NCBI GenBank assembly: GCA_040357565.1
Contig: JBDODJ010000021.1
Reading direction: 5' to 3' (one strand)
DNA from: Cercozoa sp. M6MM
Lineage: Eukaryota; Protista; Endomyxa: Ascetosporea
DNA: 64,000 nucleotides
Under the pieces are notes generated by a model that saw only the letters and a list, made by a program, of their open reading frames with translations, did not search any database and was not told the origin of the DNA. Position numbers and translations under genes: made by a program. Positions 52,486 to 64,000 of this stretch are shown here, in pieces (position 1 is the stretch's first letter; each line of letters starts with the position of its first letter).

Positions 52486-54648
52486 CTACTCAGTCACAGC
52501 CTGGGCGCGGAGCTGAGTGCTGCTAATTTGAATGTCGCATTTAGCACGCGGAATCTGCAAACAAAACGTCACTTGCGGGGTCGGGAAAAAGAAAAGCAGA
52601 CAAACCAACCTCAATAAAAATGTCGCGCAGTGTCTCAGGCAGCGCACAGTGCTCCACAATGTCAGAACACACGAAATCGTGGCCATTGAGCGACCTGAAT
52701 GCGACCAGGAAAGCGCAACCGAGAGCTTTGATTTCTGCAAAAGCAGCGCTGAGCTGCTTGTCGCAGCTGCCGTAGTATTTTGGATCCACCAGTCTCTGCA
52801 AGTTGCTTCTTTTATCATGATCCTGCCTTTCACATGTCAGTACCTGCAAAGTGTCGCCTCCGATCACAAAGCACGAGTTCGGGTACAAACGCGCCTTGTG
52901 CAGAAAGTATGGCGCGTGTCTCGACACCAACGTCGACACGCGCTCGCAATCTACACACACAGAGACCCAACCGATTGTTGTCTCATACTTTACGTGAGTC
53001 AGATGATACCAGTGAAACCGTCTTTGGTTCCGGCAAAAATGCCAACAATACGCTTTCGCAACTCGTCAGTTCCGATGGCCTGAAAAATGCAAAACATCGA
53101 ATTCGCCGCACAATTTGAAATTCCACGAAATTTGAGCGAAAACGCACTTGCTTGTCCGCATTCTCGGCACCGATTTCGAAAATTACTTCATGCGGTTCCT
53201 ATAGAGTAAAGGAGTGAATAAAGACTCGAGTGAAAGGTCGTGCAAATCCTACCGAGTACAGTGCCTGACTCTGTGAGAGTGCAGCACGTGCCAGAGCAAG
53301 ATGACCGTCGTGCAACGGAGCGAAACTGCCGCACACGATGAGTCGTTTTGTTTGGGTTGCACCGCCTGTTCAAGAGGTGTGCAGAGGTAAGAAAGATAAA
53401 ACTGAAGTCCTTCAAAATTGCTCTACCGAAAAACGTGTCCAAATGTGCACTGACCGGACTCAGGAACTGCACGAAATGCGGCTGCTCGTATTCGCTATTG
53501 TCACAAACTGATGTATCCAGGCTGAGAAGAAAAAAACACGAAAAATACAGAAAATATACAACAAAGTGTCAAGCGGATGTTTGCTGCAGATGGGCGGCGA
53601 CAAAACAAGTTTGTCCGGCGGCAGCAAGTCGACCGAATCGAACGAGATCGTCGTTTTCGTCGAATCGTCGCACAAATCGAAAAGAGCGTCACTTTCGATT
53701 ATTTTCGTCACGGCGTGAGTCACCACTGACACCAGCACTACACCAGAGGTAAATAGGGGGGGGGGGCAAAGGGGCGAAAGGAAGGGTTGAGCAGACGCAC
53801 TGTGCTCTTCCGAGAAGCGGTCGCGCATGTTGCGAGCGAAAGTGAGCGACAGATTTCGTGTGGAATTGCGCGTCGCCACAGTCTGCCGAAATTAAGAAAC
53901 TCAAGAACAAGAAGAAAAGCAAAAGCAAGAGCAATAAGGAAACACTACGACATGCGCACGGTTGTTGCCGCGTCGCGGAACACTGGTGGAAAGTGCCGCC
54001 GTCACACCGACACCCACGGGCTCTTGAACCGCACTACGCAGACTCAAACAACCCAATTAGACTTAACTAAAGTCAAAACTTCCAGCAACTCACAGAATTC
54101 AAAGCAACCCACAACGCAACCGTCAACTCAGCACAATGAAAGGAGGACAGTACGAGTTCGAGTAGAAGATTGCGCGTTTCAAAGCGACTTTCGCAAGTCG
54201 TTGCGCCGTTTCAACCGAGGCGAATGAAGCTATGGCGGAAGCTGCATCTTCGCCATCGCACAGCAAATGTTCCGTGTTGCTTCGAGAGTCTAATTCAAAA
54301 AAAAAACGAAACTGAATCAAAAGAAACTTCAACTGCAGTTGAAGGTGGACAAAAGTTACACGACACTTCGCCTCCCAGCAGCACTTTCGACGCACCGGCG
54401 ACGGACGAGAAGGCCGAAAGCACACCGCTGCCGTTTCCGGCCACGCAGAAAAACAACGCCGGATCGCGCAAAACTCGTTTTTGCGGCGCGTTTTCTAGTT
54501 TCTTGTGCTTCGCCTCACGTTTCTCGAGCTCGTCCAGAAGCTGCCGCACGCTTTCTTTCGAGTGCACGACGTTGCTGATCACGGCGTTGTGCAAGCGACG
54601 TGCGTGTACACGCCAAGCATACCGTACAGCGAGGAAGGGGGCCAGCAT
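52486..54648 (-). CDS. CinA-like domain fused to HxGH nucleotidyltransferase (NMNAT/cytidyltransferase-like)
   Basis: VAGASKVLLG, GVGVTAALSTS..RRGNNR, CGSFAPLHDGH, FEIGAENADK, FVIGGDTL.RLVDPKYY, ISSTQLR. Confidence 0.8.
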
Positions 54649-55018
54649 GATCACAAACGAGATTGTCTGCGAGAAAGCAGGTCACAAAAAACATATATCA
54701 AAATAACCCAAATATCCAATTACCAGTATTTGCCATAAAGGCAGCACTTCATTCATTCTATGGTGTCAAACTAACACCTAGACGCTGAAACAATAGTTAG
54801 ATCGACGACAAGTGCACCCTAGAAAAAAGAAAACTGTAGCCACTGCTTGTGGCTACAGTTTGCTTTTTTCGTGTTCTTGCGAAACACGATGTTGAATAGA
54901 GTGTGGACTCGTTGTGTTCAAAGGTAAACTGTGGTACTACTTGCGCGCACGGAGACCGCCGTGTGCTGCTGTCGTTTGAAATCAATATTTTTTGTTTTTT
55001 TGTTTCAGATTCCGTCCA

Positions 55019-56404
55019 ATGGCGCAGGAGCAGATTGACAGCATTGTGAAGCAGCTGCAGGAGCTTCAGACCACTCTGGCCAACGAGGGCGTGTGTACAA
55101 TTCCGCTGCATTTACCCGAGCACTCCGTCTGATATTGCGTTTCTTCAGCTGCCACGCTTCCGAACGTTGATGCTGCCTTCCGCCCGCTCGTATGCTGGTT
55201 GTTCCTCCTCCTTTTGGAAATTTAAACCAATGCCAATCATAGGTGCCGCCTGGTCACACGCCGTTCTCGTGGATGGGCGAGGTATTTCGCAATTCTCCTT
55301 CCTGTCTCGGTTTTAAAAATCCGAGCTGCACAGGGTTCGGCCGCGATTTTCGGTGCCGTTCCGGCTGCTCCGGTCACGGAAAAGAAGGTACCCATTCACA
55401 TACACTGCTCAAGATGACAGAAGCATCTTTTTTCTTTGTGTTTCCTTTTTTCTTTTTGCGGTTTTTGATCTTTCATGTTTCGTGTGCAGGTGAAGAAGGA
55501 GAAGAAGCACGACAAGAAGGACAAGAAGGACAAGAAGAAGAAGGACAAGAAGGACAAGAAGCCGGTTTGTTTTGCAGATAAGTTTTGCTTGTTTCTATTG
55601 TTTGTGTTTTTGACAGAAGAAGAAGGCGGCTGCCAAGGTGGAGGTGCCGACGTTTGCTCGTTACGACTTCCGCGTCGGCCGCATCGTCGAGGTCGAGGAC
55701 CACCCGGATGCCGACAAGATGTTTGTCGAAAAGATCGACTGCGGCGGTACCTTTTGACTCAGTGGAGTCAATGTGTTTTCAGTTTGACTTTTCGCGTTAG
55801 AGGCCGAGCCGCGCACGATCTGCTCTGGTCTTAAGGGCAAGGTACGTTGCCGCTGTGTGTTCCCTTTTTGTGTTCATCTCTGTACTGAATGCGCAGATTG
55901 AGAAGGAGGCCCTCCAGGGTGCCCTGTGCATTGTGTTCGCCAACGCCAAGCCGTCCAAGCTGCGCGGCATCATGAGCGCTGGCATGGTCATGTGCGCCAA
56001 GAACGACGAGTCGCTCGAACTCGTGACGCCGCCGGCTGATGCTCGTATCACTTGCTTTCTCACTTGCTTTCTCACTTGAAGTTTTCATATTCAAAGCTGT
56101 CATAGTCAAAGCTCATATTCAAAGCTTTCCGACTCTTTTTTAGCTTTCATACCGACAGCTTTTTCATATGTGTCAACTCATGCGCACAGAGGTCGGCGAG
56201 CGCGTCAGCTTCGAGGGACTCGACTTTGCCGACTTTGAGGCCGGCGAGCAGAACCTCAAGAAGAAGAACTCGCCGTGGGCCAAGGAGATGTCGCTCTTCA
56301 AGACCAACGGCGACGCCGAGGCCACCTACGACGGCAAGCGCTTCCTCACCACTGCCGGACCCTGCAAGGTGTCGGCCTCGCTTGCCGACTGCCCGGTCGC
56401 GTAG
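55019..56404 (+). CDS. tRNA-binding OB-fold (EMAP II/Trbp111) protein, Arc1p/AIMP1-like
   Basis: Lys-rich linker then [63 protein letters not shown]. Confidence 0.9.
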
Positions 56405-56444
56405 ACGTCTAGACGAGACTAAGAATAAACGCTTACCGTTAGCG

Positions 56445-56537
56445 TAGTTGAGTCTTCTAGGAAACCAACTATGTAGTTCCCCTGCACCAGTCTGGGGTGG
56501 GTCACAAGAGCATGGCCGTGTCTACATGTACCGCCCG
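56445..56537. mobile_element. Second copy of the 28.0-kb repeat
   Basis: Matches 28020-28106 with one substitution and a 6-nt insertion. Confidence 0.85.
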
Positions 56538-56633
56538 GAAACGAAAGGATCGAAACAAACGTCGCGCTGTAGGCGTTTTTAGAAGCACACACAGCGTTTG
56601 GAGTGTGCGTGAGGTATTAGGACGCGTGGGCGT

Positions 56634-57498
56634 ATGTCAGCAGCGCAGGTGCTGGGCAAGCGCGGCATGCCAGAAACCGCGGAAGAAAACGACAGCAGCG
56701 AGAAGCGCGTGTGTCAGCAGTCGTTGAGTGTGCCGGTATGCGACCTGCCGCAGCCGCCGAGTGCTACAGCGCGCAACTTTTCGCGTTTCGTGCGACGCAC
56801 AAAGCTGCGAATCGCCGAGGAGAAAGCGAAGTGCGACGAGAACGAAGCGAATGAGCAAGGCAAATCAGAAGAGGATGCGAGCGATTGGCACATGATGTAC
56901 ATCGACGCGCATCTCAACGGTCTCGTTGTGGTCGGATTCGCGCCGGAACACGCGTGTCGCTCCAACGCGGCCAAACGGTGTGTCGAGGTGAGTTTCGTCA
57001 TCGACGGCGTTGATCTCGGCGGTGTCGTTCCGCGTGGCAAGCGCAAAAACGGCGGCGTCGTCGTGCGTGCTGGCAAGCCAATGTGTCGGTACTTATTCTG
57101 TCCATACCAATCTGACCTTTCTCTTCCCCACAACCCAACTGCCCTGTGACACAACCAGGGTACGATTCGCGGACGACTCGTGGCTCACGGTGCCGTCACC
57201 AGTGACGGGTGACATCTTCGAGTGCAACGCGCTGCTCAAAGAGCGGCCACAACTCGCATCGATCGAAGCTGATGACAGTATGCTTTTGCTTTCTGTGCCG
57301 AGAGATTGTCTGACAACCGCGTCTGTTTTCCACGAGTAGGAGGTTTCCTCATGGTGCTGCGACCGCGCAATCCAAAGTGGCAAAACGACTGCCAAGCTCG
57401 ACCTCTTGCTCGGTGAGTCTGTGTGCGTCTGGGAGTCTTGAGCTTCGACGCATCCAACTCGCCATCTCAAGTTACGCCGAGCCGAGCTACGCTATTAA
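56634..57498 (+). CDS. ABITRAM: ABITRAM/FAM206A (Simiate)-like protein; 3' end approximate
   Basis: HLNGLVVVGFAPEH, RGKRKNGG, VPSPVTGDIFECNALLKERPQL, GGFLMVLRP. Confidence 0.72.
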
Positions 57499-57557
57499 TT
57501 AATCAACGAGTGCATTTCTGACGAATCTAAACGGAAATCTAATGCGGAATCTGCGAA

Positions 57558-58784
57558 TCAAATATCCAAGTCCAAGTCCAAGTCGTCCGGATCGTCCACG
57601 CCAAGAGTGGCGAGATTTGAGCCAATGCTCACGTTGTCGACGCCGAGACGATGCTTCGATCTGCTATGTTCATTCTTGCTTTTGCTACCGCCGCTGGTCT
57701 TGCGTCGTTTGGAAGCAGGTCCGGATTGCTTGGAACCTGGTCGCTTCTCTTTGCTCTGTGTTTCAGAAAAGTAAAAAGCACGCGTATTTGAGACAGAAAA
57801 GAACGGTACCGCGGACATATCTTGGAAAAGGTCATCGTCAAAGTCCAAGGAAGCGAAAAGCGAGCCCGTGCTGGACTGGGTGGCTCCAAGCGACTCAAGC
57901 GCGGCCTGTTCTCCGGCACTTTCGAGTTCGCGCTGCTTGCGCAGAATGTCGTGGTCCTCTTGACACTTGCCGCAGCGCAGAAACATCTCCTTGCTTTAAA
58001 AAAACATCCTAACTTCAAATGCTAACAAAAGTCATTTAAAAGTACCCGTTGCCGTTGTGATCGCCTCCGCTTGCACATCTGTTTCCAATTGTTTTCATAG
58101 CTTTCACATCTCGACAAAAGCACTCCTACTTTCCAACGCCGAGACACGGTATTGGCGGGTCTGGAGGATGTCGATAATAGCGTCCGGCCTTGCTGTGACA
58201 CTTGTCGCAGAACTAAATGGAAAAACAACAACTTCTTTAACATTGTGCAACGAGACAGCATGAAACGTACGTGATGCGTGCCCCAGCAGAACCACACTGC
58301 AAACAAAAACAATTGATCAGTCCAGCATTGCAGGAAATGTAAGAAGCTACCAGCATGATTGCAGCAGAAGCGACACTTGTACAAATGAAAGTCGGCATGA
58401 TCTTCGTTTTGGCATGCGCCTGCTCACAATTTCTGCATCTGCGAACGCTAAAGAAACCAGGTATCTTCGCACCAGGCAACCGCAGGTCAGAACAACTGAA
58501 GCACACGAATTCCTCCGGGTCTCGTTTCCTGCAGTCACAAAAAACACGGTAGCAACAAAAAAGGACAACATGTGTCAACGTAAACGTAAACGCACTCATC
58601 AGTGGCGTTGATTTCGGCTGCACAATCGCGACGACCGCCAAAAAACGGTTTCTCGCATTTGCTGTTGTCGTTGCAATCAATCAAACGTTAAACTAAGCAG
58701 TCCCCCAAAAAACTCAACAAAAGCGAACGGTACTAGCACTTGTAGAACGCCAGCGAGTGCAACTGTGCAAAGAAAAAAAGGTGT

Positions 58785-58825
<41 letters not shown>

Positions 58826-60457
58826 GCACACACACACACACACACACAAACACAATTTCCGTACAGCGTAATCGAGCGGTCTGTCGTAGAAGTGCTCGCC
58901 TTTGTCAGTCAATACAGGGTCGTTGTGCATGCCTTCCGACTCGAGACGAGCCAGCGCTTTGTGTCTCACCTACCGGAGTATCTTTATACTGCTGCCTTTT
59001 CATAAGAAAAGCAAGTTTACCAACTCAAACAATCTAGTCGGCTCCTCCAAAACGTCATCAAGTGCGACATGACGCAACGGCAGCGCTTGGCAGGCAGGGC
59101 ATCGCAGGTGACTGACCTACTTGCAAACACACATGAATGAACCAAAGTGGGCATTGGTGAATTGCCTTACCAGGATTCGTCCGTCGGGCGAAGTGGCATC
59201 GACTGTCACTTTCGCGCGAATGCAGTGCTCATGGAAGACGCACCCGCACTCCAGTTCCACACATGGGGCGTTTCTCAGTCCCTGTCACACATGACTGCAA
59301 ACTGCCCAAATAAAGGAGAACAAAAACATACCTCACACATGCAAATCTTGCAATAGTCGTTGCCGTCAACACTACCTTTGTCGCAGTGCAGGCACTGCAT
59401 GCAGAACATCTCATTTCGCAATCCTGCAAAACAGAAGATAATCAATCCAAATTAAAGAGAAAAGACACCAAACTCACCAGAACAGGGGCATCCGCATTTT
59501 AATCTCTTGTCGCATGAACGGTCTCTACTCAAATGACACATTGTTTTGGTCAAATATTAAACGATATGAATGTATACCGTTTCTCCAAACATTCCTCGTC
59601 GGTGCAGCACTCGTCCAGAAAATGTGCAGTTCCATCCGACCGGTAGGGCGGGGCTACAGCGAAACAGAACCTGTTAAAGCGTATTCGAACTGCATTAACC
59701 TTACCTGGGTTGTTAAGTGGTATTTCGCAAAAACGGCAACTGCCACGGTCTTTTTCGCCACATTCTCTGCCCCGATGATACTAAAAACAGAATTTATTTT
59801 ACAAAAAACACTCAAAATAATGAAGCACAGTTGCAACTTCATTCACACAGACACACATCTCGCTTTATGGTACGGGTGATTCGTTGCATTTGACGCAAAA
59901 GTCAACGCCGCATTCAGGCTTTCGACACCGTAATCTGTAGCGACAAAAGTGCTTCCACGCGGAAGGTGACATCGGATCGCGACCAGTCTGAAAAACAAGC
60001 AAATGCCTGATAAGACGAATCTGAGTAAAATTTGTGTACCTGCAAGGGAACACGCGAGGAAACGACGTGCACGTAGGGTTGCTCGCATTTTGGACACTGT
60101 GAATGAAATCGTAGCTGTTGATTCAGTTCAATCAGTTCAGGTTTAAAACAGATTTACCGCAACGACGAGTTCTTCCGTATTTGTTTCCTCTTCCTCTTCT
60201 TTGAAAAAACAAACTTGCGCAAACAAAAATGGTGCAAATTGACGGAAAGTACGGAACTGGACCTCGCTGTTGGGGGAAGTACTGGTATCGTCAGTCAAGT
60301 CAAAAACTTCGTCGTTGATCACTGCGAAACATGCTGTATCCCCCTGTCAATCAGTATACGCTAATTTACCCGTTGGTTTGGGACGCGCAGTGTTACAGAC
60401 CGCGCATGCGTCGCCATCTGCGTTGTTATAAGTGCAAGCTAAGCAAGCCCAGACCAT
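57558..60457 (-). CDS. NZF/RanBP2 zinc finger plus MYCBP2/Highwire-type RING-Cys-relay E3 ligase
   Basis: N-terminal WACLACTYNN...CAVCNTARP; C-terminal ALARLESEG...DYA..SLAFYKC.KCEKPFFGGRRDC...DPEEFVCFSC...YKCRFCC.HAVWFCWGTHHFCDKCH. Confidence 0.85.
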
Positions 60458-60836
60458 GTTTTCGGTGTTCGACGCGTCGATTAATTATTGGCGAAATCGA
60501 AACTGGACCGCGTTCAGACGGAAAGATCAAGGCGCCAGTCGCGCCTAGACTGAATCACGCGCCACGTGCGCACACCGCTGCCGCCGAAGAACGCTAATTG
60601 GTTTCACGAAACATGTGGCTACGGCTTTGATCATTCGTAGCCGGCGCTGGGCGACGGGTGCTCAATCGCGCGAACAAGGGGTCTCAGCCGTGTGCTTCTG
60701 TTGCCTGCTTTGTGCCCTTCCTGCACGAGGTAGAAATTAGAGGGCAATTCTCTTTTCCTTGTGTTTGTTGCGTTCCTTGAAAAACGGCGAATCAGCCGAC
60801 GACCCGTATGTGTCATGCTTGCTGTGTGCTCTGCAG

Positions 60837-62770
60837 ATGCTGCGTTCCTCCCGCGCTGTGCGGCGCATGCACTCGACGCTGGCCACGCGTACTTAGCCCG
60901 TTAGCTGTGTTGTTTGATGTATCGTGGGGCGTTTCCGATCATGCTTTGGTCACAGCGTTCGTGGACCGTCATTGCGGTGAGGTGGTACCGAACTGCCTCT
61001 ATTTCTGGAGTGGAGTATGCCTCTAATGGACCCGTGTGTGCTGTAGAGCGGCAGCAAGAACGTGCGCGAGATGCTTCACGTCATTGGCGTCGATTCTGTC
61101 GTAGTTTTTCTCTCCAGTTTTTTTGCCATTGTTTTTTAAAATTAGGGTCTGGCCGCTCTTGCAGGGCGAGTTGATGCAGCAGACCATGCCAGACGGTATT
61201 CGGTACGACATGGACGGCACAGAGGTACAGTGAACTGGTCCATTTGTACAGAACTAACGCAAATGTTTGTTGTGTTCTTGTAGGAGTCGGAGAAGCTTGC
61301 TGTGGCTCGTTTGTCGGCTCTCCCGGAGGCGGTAGGTTTCTGTTTACTTCCTTACTTTCGTCACCCCTCCTTTAACCCACCTTTGCACCCCTAATATGTT
61401 TTGCATCCCTTACTATTTTTACACCCTCGCTTTCAGGCAACGGAAGAGGAGGCGCTGGAGGAGATGAAGAACATGATGGCACAGAACGACACGACGACCA
61501 AGTCGCTGCTGGGTCAGGTATGCTGGTGGGGGGTTAAGGGGTATGATGGGTAGGGGGGTATGATGGGTAAGGGGTATGATGGGTAAGGGGGTATAAATGC
61601 GAGGAACTCTACAGGGCTACTACGGCACGCACACGCCCGCCGTGATCCGCCGCTGCATGATTGAAGGTAGCCAGTCTGCTTGGTCCATTTGGACTGCTTT
61701 TTGCCTGTTTAAGTCTGCGTTGTTGTTGTAGCCGCCGGTTGGTACACGCCGTACACGCCCTACCAGGCCGAAGTCGCTCAGGGCCGTCTCGAGATGCTGC
61801 TCAACTTCCAGCAGATGGTACACAAATACGCACCCTTAGTAGAACACTTGATTGATACGAATCCGTACAAATGGACCCGTACAAATGGACCCGTACAAAT
61901 GGACTGTACCGGTGGACAGGTTATTGATCTCACGGGAACTGCCGTTTCGAACTGCTCGCTGCTGGACGAAGCCACCGCTGCTGCTGAGGTAGTTTACCCC
62001 CTTCCCCACCATGTCCCCTCTCAACCCCTCACAATGACCGAAATAGGCCATGGCGATGTGTTTCAACGTCGCTGGCGGCGGCAAGCCCAAGAAGAACGCC
62101 ATGTGCGCTTTTCGCTCTCTTCAGATTGTCTTTCGACTTTTTGTTTTTGCTTACAGGGGCGAAAAGGTGCCCAAGGACGTCTTTGTGGTGTCTAATGACG
62201 TTTTCGAGCAAACCAAGGACGTTCTGCGTACGCGTGCTGGCCCGTTTGGGTACCGGCAACTGTGTTCACTCGTGGAATTGTCATTTATATTTTTGTGGTT
62301 TGCAGCATCAAGTTGGTGTTTGTGCCGGATGAGGAGCTGCTCCAGCAGGTGCCCACTCGTTTAAACACGCAGAAAATGAGGTGAAAATGCAGTGAAATTG
62401 TGTAGGTGCAAGAGTTCGGTGCCGAGGGTCGTTTGTGCGGTGTGTTGGTCCAGTCGCCCGGTCAGTACGGCAGTGTACCGCTTCCTTAATCGAGTCAGAC
62501 TGTCTGCATGTGTTAGATGGACTACTTACGAGTGTAATGTTTGTAGGTGTGCGATTACTCTGCCGTGGCACACGAGGCGCATCAGCACAAGGCGCTCACG
62601 GTGGCCTCGACCGATCTGCTGGCTCAGGTACTTGCTGGTCACATGTGTAGGGTCCAAATGGACCCTTGCGTTGGTATGACTCTGCGTTTCTTAGGTGCTG
62701 ACCAAGCCGGTCGGCGAATACGCCGACATTGTCGTTGGCAGGTGTGTTTCTTCCTTTACCCTCCAACCCC

Positions 62771-62805
<35 letters not shown>

Positions 62806-64000
62806 CTTTACCCCCTGTTCACCCCCCGTTTACCCCCTGTTTACCCCCTGTTTACCCCCCCCCCCCTCCCCCGTAGTGCGCAGCGCTTCGGCGTGCCGAT
62901 GGGCGCGGGTGGACCGCACGCGGGCTTCCTGGCCGTGACGGATGAGAAGATGCTGCGTCGCATGCCGGGTCGCATCATTGGTGTCTCCAAGGTGCGTCCT
63001 CCACTTAGTCCACATAGACAGTCAATATGGACGGTTTTAATGGAGTCTACTAGGACGGTCCAGATTTGTGGTACGTGTGTACTGCGTGTATGGACAGGAC
63101 CGACGCGGCGAACAGGCGCTGCGAATGACGCTGCAGACGCGCGAGCAGCACATCCGTCGTGTAGCCACCCTTTTCTGTTAAGGGTTTCTGTTAAGGGGGT
63201 CGTCCTGGGGTCAGCTGGACGCTGTATCGTCCATTTGTACCGTATGTGTAGGACAAGGCCAGCAGTAACATCTGCACGGCGCAGGCTCTTCTGGTACACT
63301 GCTTTTTTAAACCTGGGGGGGGGGGTAAAAGGGTATGTTAATCAGGCCAATGTGTCGGCCGCCTACGCCGTCTACCACGGTCGTGAGGTACATCGCAGCC
63401 TTAACCAACCCTACGCGGCCTTAATTAACACTGTACCTACGTGGACAGGGTCTGACGCAAATTGCCTCGCGTGTGCACCAGCAGGTACATTTAGCCTCCA
63501 CGTCCATTTACTTATTTAACCCCCCCCCCCCCCCCCCTACAGGCGACTGAGGTGCTGCAACACTGCGCGCGCGTTGGTCTCGTCGTGGACACCTGTAGCA
63601 TGTCCCTTAGCTAGGATGTACCGGTCTGAACTGTACATATGGACCGTACGTGCAGGCGATGTGTTCGACACGGTGCATGTGCACTGCGACTCGGCGGCTG
63701 CCGTGCAGGCCTTCTTGGATCGTGGTAAGTGTTGTACCCCCCTTTACCCCTAACCTTTTACTCTTTCCTCAGGCTTCTACGTGCGTGGCACGGAGCGCGG
63801 CGTAGCACTCTCGTTCGATGAGACCGTGACGGCTGAGGTATCGCTTGTTGCTGCCTTAACGATGCGCCGCGCCTTTAACTAACTGATGTAGGACGTGGCT
63901 ACGATCAAGTCGGTCCTGGAGACGCTGGGCTCGGTACGATTGGACATTTGAATTGTCTAAAATGGACTGTGCTTCTGCAGGGCGAGCCGACTTCGCAAGT
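60837..64000 (+). CDS. GLDC: Glycine decarboxylase (GCS P protein), 5' part
   Basis: Presequence [13 protein letters not shown]; [90 protein letters not shown]. Confidence 0.97.

Noticed and set aside
56634-64000. Functional clustering of ABITRAM (H-protein-like fold) with glycine decarboxylase P
   Set aside because: Separated by an unrelated gene and ABITRAM is not a known glycine-cleavage component; probably chance.

Overview
Compact, very intron-rich nuclear DNA from a eukaryote, probably a unicellular flagellate (it carries a DZIP1-like ciliary gene). The genetic code is standard and introns are GT-AG, mostly 45-110 nt, so the six-frame ORF track fragments nearly every gene. I spliced about 22 genes by eye, many in head-to-head pairs: IRP1/AcnA-type aconitase (partial), TAM41, a NahK-like kinase, an OpuAC/ProX-like binding domain, UTP10/HEATR1, nuclear-encoded mitochondrial S12, TPMT, CCT5, RRN7/TAF1B-like, DZIP1-like, a FYVE-like protein, an amino-acid transporter, a CinA-like/HxGH nucleotidyltransferase, an Arc1p/AIMP1-like protein, ABITRAM-like, an NZF plus MYCBP2-type RING-Cys-relay E3, the glycine decarboxylase P protein (partial), three Cys-rich type-I membrane proteins and several hypotheticals. 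The most unusual signals are non-coding: (1) irregular telomere-like TTTA(C)n/CTGTTTA(C)n tracts confined to introns, strand-biased and clustered in kb-scale domains; (2) two dispersed copies of a 117-nt structured, GT...AG-bounded element with an identical 18-nt core (2659-2775 +, 41763-41879 -); (3) a recurring GTCCATTTGKAC intron motif and frequent ~12-nt tandem duplications; (4) a young repeat family with an (AACT)n end forming a rearranged inverted pair at 28.0-28.2 kb. Family assignments come from recalled motifs, not database searches, and gene boundaries are manual.
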